NCBI GenBank assembly: GCA_051362555.1
Contig: CM120649.1
Span: forward strand, 13,888,001-13,952,000
DNA from: Lingula anatina
Taxonomy: Eukaryota; Animalia; Brachiopoda
Direction: 5' to 3'
Length of the DNA: 64,000 nt
Positions 11,755 to 25,700 of the stretch are shown here, piece after piece. The notes beneath the pieces were generated by a model, which was not told where the DNA came from, searched no databases, and saw nothing but the letters and a program-made list of their open reading frames with translations. Position 1 is the first letter of the stretch, and each line of letters opens with the position of its first letter. The position numbers and the translations under genes were made by a program.

Positions 11755-14055
11755 ACTTTCTCTTTCTACTCGACTTGGTGTTAATGATTGAATCACAGAG
11801 GGGAAATTAGAATGGGTTTATTCATAGCCATACTGTCTCTCCCTAATTCCCCACGTCAACACACCTGAGCCATTAGTTGTCAGCAGGAACCTGTTGATGT
11901 TTAAACTGAAGGTAACATACGGAGATGGTGAGGATTTTGATGACACAGATTACTGATATTTACTAGTGATAAATCAACACCAAAAATGCCATATGACGCG
12001 TTTGAATATAAATATAAAACCACTGATTCTATGTACCTGTCTATTTGAACTACACAGGTTTGTGCCTGTTCGGTTCATTATTAATGGACCGACACAAGAA
12101 GAAAGCTGTTTATCAAGCACCCTAGCTGTCTAGTACAAAATTTCACTCTGCCGCTCTCTCTTTCTCTCTCTCTCTACATGTATCTGCAAGTGCGTGGTAC
12201 AATTCCTTTGCCCGTATTTTTGCAACTGTACATTATTTCTTATGCGTTGAAATGATATTACTTATGCTGATAGAGGCCTATTGATTATATTTTAAGGCCA
12301 AGAAAAAGTATAATTGAAAGCAACTTTGATGTCTTAATCGTTAAATAGCTATAAGCAGACACCTGTTGCTCGAACAGTGAATCATGCATCAAAACTTTCT
12401 TTGCATAAAAAAACTGAACCCAACGTCCAGTCACCTCATCTTTGAAGGACTGCTGGAAATTCTGATGGAGTTGCCAAGATATCCCTATTTTCAAACTTGC
12501 AAGAGTAATACATGTAACAAAGAATTCGACCAATGACAGTGAAAAACTTTCTGGCAAAACTTTAACTTTTTTTTAGATTTCAAGACACCTTTATCCTACA
12601 TGGACATAGCTGTTAACAGTAAAATAAAACCATCAGAATGAAACAGAATGAGACAGCAGCAGTGAAAACAAGTGAGTTTTTACAAACGTTTCTTTGTCAG
12701 AGTTGGACTTAAGATAATAATAATAATAATAATATTAATGGGCAGATTTTTCCTAAAATTTGTACAAATCTTAGATAATAAAGATAACACACAAGAAGAT
12801 AACTGGCTACGTAACACAAGTTTAAATATATTCACGGTAGTTTGTAAGGGGTCACTTTCGCAAATGTACAACGCATATGCTGGGGGTGGTGGTTGGGGGG
12901 GGGGGGTATGTCTTTGGCACGCCTCTAAAATAATGATTAAAAAAACGGATCTCCTCAGCTCCCCAAAATGGTCTTGCAAAGGTCACCATTTTTAACTTTT
13001 CACTCGGATAGGGTTGGACGAGGGTATTGAGAGCCTTCTGTTTGTAGACAATAAAACGGGTGACCCTAACACCACCCGCTTCTCTTTCTCTCCTTCATTA
13101 TTCTAGGAAACAATGTCTCTTATAAATGGAAAGCATTTTGCACTTAAATTTATTCACAACAGATAAAAAGTTTAAGCTACATGTATTTCTGGCAATAAAT
13201 GCATAATGACATCAATATGAAAAAGTGTAGTAAATATTATTGTTCTGTAAAAAGTAATAAAAAAAATAGGGTAACAATATTCCCTTTTGCTCGCAAGCTC
13301 CGAGCAAGCGTGATGGAAACTAGATCTGGAGAGTGACAAGGCAAGAGTTGGAAACACAAGCCCCCCCTCCTCTCTCACTATCTCTCTCGTCTTTCAATAA
13401 TATATCTGCTTTACTTCACACCATCATTTCAATCTACAGTATTTCTCTATGGCCTGCATTTTTTTTTTAGGATATAATCAAACACAAAAGACAAACTGGT
13501 TAATCCCACTTGATTTTCTTACTTTCCACTAGACTTAGCGTAAATGAGTATATCACGGAAGAAATGAAGAATGAGATCGAGTTCATTCATGGCTTTATAC
13601 TGCACCCTTCCTAATCCATACTGTACCAAGGCAACAGATTGATTTTTTCTAGATATTTACAGATAATGTCTCTGTCTATGGTCAATCTTCTTACTGGAAA
13701 ATGTACAAAATATGCCTAAAATATCTGCCACCCTGGTAGAGGGCGCCAAATCCTCACGCCTTTCCTTATTAGTTATCAGCAGGTACTGGTTGGTCTTTAG
13801 ATTGAAGGTAACGTACGGAGATGGTGATGATTTTGTTGATAGATTACAAGTATTTAACCAAAGTTCTACGCAAATGCCATAATGCGCTTGAAGGCTAGTA
13901 TAAAATTAAAACTGCTGATTATGTGTGCCTATTTGAGCTACACCGATTTGCGCCTGTTCGGATTATTTTAATGGACGGACAGTTTTATGTCCGACATAAG
14001 ACGAAATCAGTTTATCAAGCAACCGCGTTCTCTAGCACAGAACTTCACTCCATCT

Positions 14056-14099
<44 letters not shown>

Positions 14100-14400
14100 C
14101 TGCACGTTCGTGGTAGAATTTCTTTGTCCGTATTTTTTCAGCTGTACATTATTTCTCAGAAGTTGAAATGATATATTCGTATTACTTAAGCTGATAGAGG
14201 CACATTTATTATATTTTAAGGCCAAGAAAAAGTATGATTAAAAGCAACTTGCAATATATTAATACTCAAGTAGCTATAAGCGGACACCTGTTGCTCGAAC
14301 AGTGAAACATGCAACCAAGTTTTCTTTGCATAAAAAATCTGAACCAAACGACCAGTCTCCTCATCTTTGAAGGACTGTTGGAAACCCTGGTTTAATTGCT
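11755..14400 (+). repeat. Diverged direct duplication: ~11755-12477 vs ~13515-14400
   Basis: Collinear shared blocks such as TGAAGGTAAC.TACGGAGATGGTGA.GATTTTG, GCCTGTTCGG, a (CT)n tract, ATATTTTAAGGCCAAGAAAAAGTAT, GACACCTGTTGCTCGAACAGTGAA and CCTCATCTTTGAAGGACTG. Confidence 0.8.
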
Positions 14401-14747
14401 TGGACATTGTATTTGCTTTTTTTATATAATAAGATGGAGGTGCTTAGATTTCATTGGTTTATATCCTTTTTTCCAACTGTCAAATTATTTGACCACTGAG
14501 GTCGCTCACGTTTCCATGCAATATTGTTATTTGTACTTCCTATAGGTTCGGTTTGTCAGCAGGACAAAAGTTCAGCAAATGGTTTATTCTAAGGCATTTC
14601 ATGCATCAAAATAATCACATTACGCACGGGAAATTGAAAGTAAAGGAACAATTGTTAAGTGAGTATTGAGGAAAGAAAATGATAATGATAAAAATTGCGA
14701 TTTACCGGTAATTTACGATTCCTTTTCTGAGTGTACTGTGACTGACA

Positions 14748-14845
14748 GGGAATTCCCAAATGACGTCACTCTAGTAAGTCGTGGCGCATGCGCATCACAA
14801 CAAAGCTAAAGGAGCTTGTCTGTTAGTCGCGTATGAAGAATGAGG
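14748..14845 (+). promoter_or_regulatory. Probable HS6ST promoter and 5' exon
   Basis: GGGAATTCCC (14748-14757), TGACGTCA (14761-14768) and GCGCATGCGC (14784-14793), followed by a GTAAG donor at 14846. A matching acceptor TTTTATATTCCAG ends at 16638, upstream of the HS6ST ATG. Confidence 0.5.
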
Positions 14846-16766
14846 GTAAGAAACAATTTTATTGATTATTATACTCACGGCAGAACGTTTGTAAAACGTG
14901 AAATATCACGTACTCTTAATTGTTACTCGATGCATATTTTCAATTGGTCTTTTAATTTATGTGCAGAGTAAGGGAAAGAAGAGTTGTAAATGGTAGACCC
15001 ACGGAGCAATAGAAAATGCCTGTTTTGGGGCTTACATGCTACGGTAATGTTTAGAATGTAAGGCCGAAAACTTGAGATACCCATACACAAGGCATGGCAT
15101 ATTGTTCAGTTTTAGTTGCTTCAGATAATAGGGCAAATGAGGTTGAATTCTGGTGACCTCAGAAGCCAGAGGAATGAATATGAAGTATGGCAGTGAGTGT
15201 GGGTCTCCATGGTTATCTGTATGCGTTATAACCTCCCATATAAAAGTACTTCTAGTTTTACCACCAGTGCTATCTCCATTAAGCTTGGAATTTGATATTC
15301 TTCCTGTTGGTTCCTTTCCAACATTCCTCAGACTCAAGACGAAGGCTCCGTTTCTTTATGTCCTGAATAATAATAGGCAACAGTAAATAACATTATAATA
15401 GCATGTTGTTTTGTCTTTTTACTTGATATGCAATTGGTTTTTATGCACAACTCTGGTTGTAAAAACGAATTATTTTCATCAGACTGACAAGTAATCCCCA
15501 TATGCCTTATTCAGCATAGGTCAACAGAAGAGTTGCCCTTATCTCTAATGTGTCTTAATTATTGTTGGTTAAGCTTTTTGGCAAGCCAACAGTAGATATC
15601 TCACTTCTCTCTGTTTGTCTATGCCAGGGAAGGTAGTTATTCGGACAAAGCTTTTGCCAAAGACCAATACTAATTCACTTTGTATAAATGAGATTAAATG
15701 TGCAGTATTGATTTGATGACAGAAGGTGTCAAAAAAGCAGAGGAAATATAACTGAAACAACATTACCTGAAGTTTTCCAAGCTAGGGTATTCCTGCCAAA
15801 AACTCAAATCATAACATGAATTTCCCTGGGATAAATTACATTTTCCTTCCAACTTACCAATCTTTAATCTTTCGTTTCTGACACTCTCCATAACTCTGTA
15901 AAAATTTTGAAAAAAGCCAATGATCAAAACCCACAGTTAAGCCCAGGTTTTCCTAGCTCCTCTTTGGATTTATTATATTGACTTGACATATGACAAGACT
16001 CTTGTGCCACATCCAGCATTGTTTTCAAGATGGCAAACATCCAAGGTTGAACAGGGAATAATGTTTTGTGATTATTTTTTGCTATATTGATTAAGGCCAT
16101 TTACTAGTAGCTGTCAGTTTATGTTTTAAAAGTTTAGCTGTCATTCTATGTTTAAATTGCCCTCAGGTAAGTTCAACAAGAAGCAGGTTATGCTCTTTAA
16201 GACTTACAATGGATCAAAATCCTGGTTGGATCACTTTAAACTTAAAGGAAGTGTGATTTTGGTCATATATCTATATACTGGAACATTGCTCCACATTACA
16301 CTATTGTCATCCAATTCAGGCTGCCGTACAACTGTATTTTGATTAATTTATAGTCAGTCTCATTCTTTACCAGCTGTTACCAGAGGCGTATAATTGATGA
16401 ATTAGATTTGGATTCAGCTGTGTAAATTTATTTAAAGACCTTTGTATATGACATTTAGGTGTAGTTTTAATATACCTCTACAAATAAATATATGAATTAT
16501 ATAGTATTTGCCATTGTTAAGCCATATAGCTTTGAAATTAATTATGTTATTCATTGCATGCACAAAAAGAAAAGGAAAGTTAAACATATCAGTAATCATT
16601 TTTATGATGTCAAATTTTCCATATCTTTTATATTCCAGAGAAAAAAATCCAGGATACTTGCAATGGGTTGAACAAAGTTCCCACCCTCCAAGTTTCTCAT
16701 TCAATTCAAACAGTAGGACTTTCTTTTACAATGTCCACTCAAAGGACATATTCATAAAAACTAAAA

Positions 16767-19029
16767 ATGAAAGAAAAGAAAATCGGGAAATTAGTTTTAG
16801 GTGTGTTAGCCGTCCTAGTGCTTTTGGGGTTCCTATTCATGGGTTACTTCTGTGCCGACCAAACGTGTGCCTTAAAACCCGGCTCCCCTACGCCGGGGTA
16901 CCTTCACTTTGATGTGCAAGCTTACCTAAAGGGGGAGCTACCTGCCAAGGTGTTTGAAGAAAAAGACTTGGAGAGGGATTTCCAGGTGGATTTGGAAGAC
17001 GGGGACGTGATCGTCTTTCACCATATGCAGAAGACTGGAGGGACTACATTTGGGAGGCACCTGGTGAATGATCTGCAGCTTAAGGTAATATTCACAGGAG
17101 GTTGAAAAACTGGTATTTTTGTCTGCTGTATCATCCTTTTTGTTGAATTATCTAGGTTGAAGTCGCTGAATGATTGAACGCATTAATGAAACTTTGAAAA
17201 AATGTTCAGAGTTGAATTTAGTATTTTACCCATCTAAAAGCTATATAGAACTACACCGGATACTCGGTAGTATTTTATTCAACATGTAGTGGCTGCTGAT
17301 TCATTCAGATCTATTTTATCTTTAATTGACCTCAGGTAATTGCTGTTATCATATTTTATTATTGACATTTCACTATGATCCTTGTTATGTTGTGCTCCTT
17401 TCTTATGACAAATAAGAAAAAAAGTTAAAAAACTGTTTGGTAAATTTTATTTTAGCATCCCTGTAGAAAAGTGGATGGAAGGAAGCGTTACGACTGCCAG
17501 AACTCTGACCATCACGTGTGGCTGTTTAGTCGTTACTCCACTGGTTGGCGATGTGGCCTCCATGCTGACTGGACCGAATTACAAGAATGTGTGGACAGGG
17601 AGATGGATGCATTTGAAGGGAAACACAGGACGCGAAGGTTTGGGTTCTTGATTTGTAGGAACATAAGGCTTTGATGATATGACTCAACAGATTTAATTTT
17701 GTTTGAAAAACAAGTGTAATCTTAAAGAGTATGTGACTCTTAAATCTTTTCATACAGCTGGTTTATAGAGTGAAGAAGTGAATGCTATTGATCTACGTAC
17801 AAGGTAGATGCCCTAGTGATTTACTGCTTATAAAATATGCTATCAGTATAATCTGTCTCTTGCTGCATCTTTGCCATAATCTGCTTCTTGGTATTTAAAA
17901 TGGTTGAAAAAGTATCACTGTCATTTCAAACTAGACATATTTCATTTTCAGATACCATTACATCACTATGCTACGAGATCCTGTCAAGCGGTACCTCAGC
18001 GAGTGGATGCATGTACGACGTGGCGCCACCTGGAAAACTGCCCAGTTAAGATGTAATGGTCGCCAGGCCACATTACAGGAAGTGCCTTTTTGCTACAACA
18101 GCTCAGACTGGTACGGGGTCACCATCGAGGAGTTCTTGGCCTGTCCTCATAACTTGGGGAACAACCGTCAAACCAGAATGCTCGCCAATCTTAGCGCTGT
18201 TGGTTGTTATAACAGAAGCCTATTGCCACCGGATGTGCGCGATAAAATGCTCTTAGAAAGTGCCAAAACTAATCTTAGAAATATGGCTTACTTTGGCATA
18301 TTGGAGTACCAGCCAGAAATGCAGTATTTGTTTGAAAAGACCTTCCATTTAAAGTTTGGTGTGCAATTTAGTTTGTTTAATAAGACACATATCACTAAGC
18401 TAAAGATGAGCAACAAAACAGTAGAGGAGATCGTCAAGGTTAACAGCCTTGATGTGAAACTGTATCAGTACGCCAAAGAACTATTTCTTCAGAGGGTTAA
18501 TCATGCTCGAAGGAAAGCAGCCAAAGCCCAGGAGACCATTTCACAGTATTCTAATCTCGAGAAAAGCAATATTGACTACATTGTGGACAGTTCAAAACAG
18601 GTTGTGCCTAAAAAGGAGGTCCTGAGCAGGTCTGAGGAGAATAATGATGGCAGCAGCAGGTCTGGAAGTATTAATGATAAGACTGAGAGATCTCAAAGTA
18701 CATTGGATGTTCATGTAAGTGAAACTGTGCCAAAAAAGGTCAAGGGAGACCACGACCTTGAACCTGGCAGGTTTGATGGAAGTAGGTCTGAAGGGATTGA
18801 TGAACCAAGAAAAAGCAATATTGAGCCCCAGATTGATAAATCTGAAGGAGACCAAGCAGACTCCAGGTTAAAAAGTTTACACCAGGAAAAATCTTTGTTG
18901 ACTTCCAAACCTGGGATAGACGGGCTCCATCGTGAATCTCGTTCAAGACAAGTAACTGGTGAAAATTACGATGACTCGGAACTCGATATTGACGAGGAGG
19001 ATAATGACGATGAGGATGAGGTCAAATAG
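16767..19029 (+). CDS. HS6ST: Heparan sulfate 6-O-sulfotransferase (type II Golgi membrane protein), 3 coding exons
   Basis: Exons 16767-17084, 17456-17637 and 17952-19029, GT-AG, phases 0 and 2. N-terminal TM anchor; 5'-PSB motif HMQKTGGTTFGRHLV; WLFSRYSTGWRCGLHADWTEL; 3'-PB motif YITMLRDPVKRYLSEW.HV.RGATWK; NLGNNRQTRMLA. Confidence 0.96.
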
Positions 19030-19702
19030 GTACCTTAATGAATTTTGGAAAAATGAATTTCATCTTGATGTGAATCTGGAAGAAGTATTTTCTTTGCGTG
19101 AAGCGATTGGAAAAAATTGAATGTGGTAGAGTCTTTCTGAAAAAAAATTAAGAGAAAAATAGTTTGCCGGTTATTATGAACTGTTAATAGTAGAGTGAAA
19201 AAAATAGTCCTAGTCTGCAATAACAAATGTAAATTTAAATCACGAAGGACTTCCAGTCATGAATTATTTGTTCTATTACATTACTGTGTACTTTTGATTT
19301 ATTCAAATCTTTATATTCATCAGATTTTACAATCTAGATTTCATGTCAGTTCCCATTTTTAAATAGGGCTTAGGGGAATTGTGCATTATTGTGCTAAGTA
19401 AACTTGGAAAGGTTTTGGAATGTTGTAGGTCCTTGGACATCACATCCTTCAAAGTCCATGCATTAATATATATTGATGATTAATATTTAATGATGATTCT
19501 GTTAGATGATGATTAAATGAAATGAAAACCAGGGACATCAAATAAAAATCATTGATGTCAGTGATAAAGCATCAAATACTAGGTTGAAACTTAAGATGCT
19601 GTCCCTTACAATTAGTATTATAAATGTCCTTTCTAAATAACTGAACAGTATTAACTTTGTGGGTTGTTGTTTTGATTAAGTAATGATGAATTAATGTACA
19701 GA

Positions 19703-19977
19703 AGAATTTGAGGATAAGGTAAACTTAAAGCTTTGATCCATCTTAAGGCATGGGCCAGAAATGGTTACATTTTCATTACAAAGTACCCAATAATGCACTA
19801 TTTATGAAATAGGAAATATCTTAGTAGCTATTCAAAGAGAATTTGAGGATAAGATAAACCTGAAGCTTTGATTCGTCTTAAGGAATAAGCCAGAAATGGT
19901 CACATTTTCACCACTAACTACCCAATAATGCACAATTTATTTATGATAAAGAAAAATATCTTTTTATTAGCTATTCA
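19703..19977 (+). repeat. Two-copy ~135-bp tandem duplication downstream of the HS6ST stop (probable 3' UTR)
   Basis: AGAATTTGAGGATAAG..AAGCTTTGAT..TCTTAAGG..GCCAGAAATGGT.ACATTTTCA..TACCCAATAATGCAC..TAGCTATTCAAA occurs twice, head to tail. Confidence 0.8.
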
Positions 19978-22761
19978 AACAAAAATTGTGATGACTTAGT
20001 TCTTCTTTGTGCCATATTTTAGACTGTAAAAGTTTTTGTGTGTAAATAAGCTATGGGGAAAAGAAGTGGTTGTATTTAGTACTATAAGCTTTAATTATTT
20101 TTTACCTATCTGTGGATGTCAGTATTTAAGATTGACATGTTTAGTTCATATGTTCATAAAATCATACAGTGCATATCAAACTGGAAAATAACAAAAACAT
20201 TTTCCTTCGGCTTCAGCAGATTTTCTTTAAATCTGTGACAAGTGCCCTATCAAAAAAAAAAAATGAAAATTATGATCTATAAAACATTTTTGATAGCCAG
20301 GTTTCTCATTCTTGAGCTACTCCTTTATGTAGTACTTAAAAACTGGTGCATTGGGATGCAGCACTAAAACTTTAAAAAAATGTCATTTGACAGTTATGGA
20401 TAAGACATACTTCGGCTTATATGGAAATTGTTGCAATTTCTTTTCAAGAATTAAGATATATTATATTATGAGTTACTATTATTTTTTTCTAAGGCATGGG
20501 TATGTCTTTAAGCTGCAGGTAAAAGTTGTGCTGAAATTATCTGAGTTTGCAAAAACATTTATCACAACAAAGTATGACACCAGTTTCACTTAATATATCA
20601 TAAACCAGTTTCTTTGAATCTCAGTTTTTCAGGCACCTTGTTCTTAATATGTATAGGACCATCTTCCTAGCATGTTTAACTCTCACTTCTATTATTATTT
20701 ATTAGAATAATATTTAATATTTAGATAGGTCAAAGGTTTGTTTATAATGAGAGCTTTGTGTCAAATTTGTATCCCTCTAGGAAAAATACTGATTAGGGAA
20801 AGGTGTAGTTTTATATACCCTTCATTGCAAATATTATTTGTAGAGAGACGTATATTTCTGATGAATAATATAACATTCAAGGTTTTTGCATGAACAGTAG
20901 AGTAAGCTTTTCAAACAGATATATAATTTTGTACAGGTGCTATTTTACTATAGTGTTTAAGCAAGGTTCACAACAGTGTTGTGGGGGTGGGGGGTATTTC
21001 TGCTCACAGGTCACTCTGTTTTCGCAGAGGATGGGGGGGTCTGCACATTGTCATGGGTGGGGGTATTTCTGCTTCAGGGGCAAAACACATGGGTTAAGCC
21101 TTTCTACCTTTCACAGACAAAATTTAGAAGCGCGGGTTACTATGGGTAAAGTATCATTCAAGTTTAAACCAATTTAATAAGGATAAATAGTTTGTAGTCA
21201 TTAGTGAAGATTTTATCTTATCATGGACTTAGTCATTCTATCTTAAGTAAAAAAGGGTGTTGAAATAGAATAGTGTCAGATTGCTCTAAGTTAATTTATA
21301 AATGGGTCACTTCTATGGTTTTTTTTTTTTAAACGAGCTGATGACATAAGAGTTGAGTTACTATTTAAATGTACCTGCCAAACCCAGACATGAGCTTGTT
21401 CTGTGGACATACAGAATTATGCGTTTTTTAATTCGATTCTGATGGTTTCTGAGATTCCCAGCCAGGTGTTAGGTCCCATGATAAATGTTGATTTTTTTTT
21501 TTAACCTAGGCTCATATCTGCATGGAAATCTCACTATCTTAGCATATCCATAATTTTATCATATTTATGAAGGGTTTTTAAAAGATTGTTTTTGGGCAGA
21601 ATTATTCATCAGCTTGGTATAGATACAGTTCAAGTATCGTTAATAGTACAAAAGCAAAACATTTCTGAAGCATTATTTGGCCAAAAGTTGACATTTAAGT
21701 TTCATGCATGTCTTGTTGGTGTACGATAACAATCTCAGTACTGTGCTTTTGTATGCTGTTAGTTACCAAATAAATTAATGAAAATGCATGCATTTCATGT
21801 TATTTTTCAATATTTTCTTAAGAATCATGCAAGAAAAAAATCATGGGCTCATTTTTGAGTATTTTTTTCTGTTTTCTGTATGCATTCCCAAAGCCATAGG
21901 AACTTGCCTCCCCTCTCCCTACAAAAGCTGCATACAATTTTGAAAATAAAATGTGCTGGTATGGGGCTCATGTATTCTCTCTCTCTCTCTCTCTTTTTTT
22001 TTTTACTTGAAGATCTGATAACCTGCAGATTTTCTTTCATGAAAAGAAATACCAACCACAGTTCAAGAAAAACTGATATAAGTATTATTTTCAATATTCA
22101 ATTGCAATTACTGGACGGAAATTACTGTTACACTTACACAAACCTCAGACTAAAATGCATGTAACATAAACCTTATCACAGACTGACAACATAGTTACAT
22201 AAAGTATGTAATGAAATGGAAAAAAAAAAAAAAATAACCAAACCAAAATAACTGGCTGTGCAATTTAACTGGCTAACCAAAAGAAAGTTAATCACTTGAG
22301 TGACGATTCCTTACAATAACCATGAGGCGAAAGCCCTCGTGATATTACAAAATGTTCATCCAAATTAAATCACCAATGGCAGTTATCAGAAATCTGTAAC
22401 ATGCTAAGTGTTTTGTTTTCAACATAAGAAAACTGGAATGTTCCAATGGCCCTCCAGTAGGGGCTGACTTAAACAGGTCCTTCCACTACAATTTGAAAAA
22501 TATCTAATAAATCCTGACAAGAAAACTGTATGTATTCTACTGTAAATTGTGATCAATGTTGGCCAGTTTGTAGTGATATTTGATATTTCCAGCTAAATGC
22601 CTCAAAATGAAATATGCAAACTTAGAGTAGAATCACAATAAGTAAGTAAATAAAGAAAAATAAATTACTGGGGAGTAGAACTTGATCTGTTCAAATCCTG
22701 TCACACCGAAGTATAATCCAAGTCATTTGTCTATATGATTACGTGATAAACAAAACAACCA

Positions 22762-25700
22762 CTACAGCGTAAACACGTTAGTATCCTGAGGCGCTCCGCC
22801 GCCATCTTGGCCATATGTGCTCACGTTCCCACTCATGCCCTCATTGACCTTGACCTGGTCCCAACAACTGTGCTTCATTTCCAGCAGACGGCGCACGTCC
22901 TTCCACATCTTCATCTGTCGCATGTTTGGTCCATGGCTCTCACGCACGTACTTCTGTTTCTCGCGAAGGCCCTTCCCCAAATTTTCTTGTTCCTGGATTT
23001 TCTTGGTGTAAATTTCCCTAGAACATGAGCAAAAGGTGAATTTGAATGTCATTTGTGTCAGGCACTTGTTTGAAAATCAGTTTACAATAATCACTTACAT
23101 TTATCAAATGGTTGCCTCAGAAATACAGTCACTGTATCTTCTACTTGGATTTGACTAATTTTCAACTTTTTTTCATCTGTCAGGTAGAAAAAAAAACCCT
23201 CACCTGAAAGCTTTCTTTCTTTCTTGGGGATCTGACGATGTATATGACTTCATTTCGTCTGCAATCTTCTGATGTTGGTTCTCCAGGATCTGCTTCATAC
23301 AGTGGAGATAATGATACCGAGACTCTTCAGCTGCAACTTCCTCTCTAAAACAAACAAAATTAGGAGAGGAGTCATCAATCACATAGTAACTAAACAGCTA
23401 GTGTTTGAGCCAATAAAACTTTTTATTAATACTTTTTTATTTATTAACTTTTTTTTTTTCGTTTTGTGTGTGGTGGAGGGAGGGGGAGGGGTCTAGATGT
23501 ACATTTTTCTATTTTCTTCCTTTATCTATTTATGTTCAATGTCTGGTAAATGAGGAACATATATAACCCTTTCCTTACCTGTATCCTCTCACTTCCTGCT
23601 CTAATTTAGATCTATTACTCTCCAGACCAGCTGCAGTGGTGTCATATATATGCTTTTTCTCTTCATGTTCTTGTGTAATTTCCTGAAATTATTTCAATAC
23701 ACATTGTCCACAACAATTCTTCCTTAATTATTGAGAGGGGATTACGATTATCACATAAGGAAAATAGTAATAATTTTAATTCCTGCTTTTTATTTAATTC
23801 CTTTCAATAAAACAATTAAATGGTCTTAGAAAATAATATACTTAATTCTACAACTGTATCAGTGACATACTCATGTGATTGGTCTAAATTATTTCAAACA
23901 CTTTCTAACTTCTTTAACTAAAAGAGATAAAAGAACGAGAGACTCAGACTTAGAAAATAAAGAAATCTGCAAAACACTGAATGAAACCAACAATTAAAAC
24001 TTACCTGACACTGCTGTCGCAGAGGTCTCAATTCTTTAATGACAGGTGCTAATGCGCTCTTCTTCTCCGATATTTTGGTGACTAATTTGGTGACCATCTC
24101 AGAAATGTCTTCAAGCGTCCTTCCCTTCACGTCATCCATCTCACTCTTGACGCTGGAAACTTTCTCCAGCTCCTCTTGAGTGTCCCTGTAGCCAGAGACA
24201 CCTTTTTTGGCCTCCACAGCAGACTGCATGTAATGATAAAAATGATTAAGACTAGGTTCCCATACCAAAATCGATCTTACACGATCAATCCTTCTCTAAG
24301 GGGTTTCTTGCTAAATTGCTTTCAGCTTAAGCAGCTTAAATACCTGGCACGTCTACTGAAGCTGTTAAACAATAATTGCTTCAGTTGGTGTGACAGACAT
24401 CTAAACCCCTTAAGTTGATTGCAATTTAGCGAGAAACCCCTTGGATATAGATCGATCCACAGTTGACAATTTCTATACTCCAACAAGGCCCAGTGAGAAG
24501 ACTATGAACAGCATACTGATACTTATGATAAACAATGCACCAAGTTGAATGGAAAATTATTTTTGTGTGAGAAATACCGTCTTGAAAAAGATGGTACAAA
24601 AGTTCTCAAAGGCAAGTTGGGTTTACACCAAAAAGTTGCCTTTTATGAGAAACCATAATGATGAACTTCCACGAAATAAATCAACAAATAAATAAATTAA
24701 CAAAATGAAATAAATAAACAAATTAATAAAAACACTGGGCTAAGTGTGCTATACCCACCAGTTGTTGTATAATAGCATTATCTCGGGTTTTCAGTATCTC
24801 CTCTGTCCTGGACAGTACCCCATGCTCTGCTCGTATCTCTGCCAGCTCCTGTCTCTTCTTCTTATACACTGTGCTTTTACCTCGCAGCTTATTCACATAT
24901 CTCTTGAACTGGAAGCAGTTAAAAACCAGTGTATGTTACATGTATCATAATTATTATTATTTTTATCAATTATGAAATTCAATTCAACAGTGATTTTAAT
25001 CAGTCAGATAAAGTTGTCTTAATCTATTCCTGTCGCATAGATAAACGAAATGTTAAGCTACTCAATGGTAAATTATTCAATGTTTATAAAAGGGTTTACT
25101 TTACAAAAATAAAATGTTTGCCAAATAATAAATGGTATTCATCTGTATACATAAATTGAAAACATCTAGAACTTTGTTTACACTCATTATAGGTTTGAAG
25201 ATAACCTGAGTCTTTTTATTTATCATAACAAAAACATATAAGTGTGATACCCATCTGAAGATGGTCTATTAGCGCCAGTGGCATCAACACCTTAAAGTTA
25301 GCCCTGTTTCTGAAATTTACTTAAGACAGGAGAATAAAATGCTAACCTCATCTCCTTTCAACACCTCTTCTCCGTCGTGTTCTTTCAGAATGTCTCGTTT
25401 CTCCCTCAGTTCTTGTTCAGTGCGTGCCAGCTCGTCTCTGGCGTCTCTCAGGTTTTCCGCGGCAACCTCTTTCTTGCGGGTAATGATGGCTGCCTGTTAA
25501 GACAAGCAGAAAATAAAATACAAAGTTTCCAACTGAGGGATAGGTGACAATGTCCATTATGAACCTCATTTTTTTGTTTGTTTTTTACATCATGATGATG
25601 TTTGCATTTCTCACTGATGCTTGTTTTAATTGCTCTTTTATGATTCCTTGTGAGCACCCATTAAGGGGCACACACAGCCAATTCCATGTAAAAAAAATTA

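Noticed and set aside
13800-13880. Functional innexin gene from the DDFVDRL motif
   Set aside because: A stop follows 9 codons later, there is no TM1 or conserved Cys motif, and the sister copy lacks the motif.
16508-16912. 134-aa ORF overlapping the HS6ST start, plus other short ORFs overlapping or antisense to real exons or spanning microsatellites
   Set aside because: Shadow ORFs from alternative frames or simple repeats (poly-I, poly-P, ER/LS runs).
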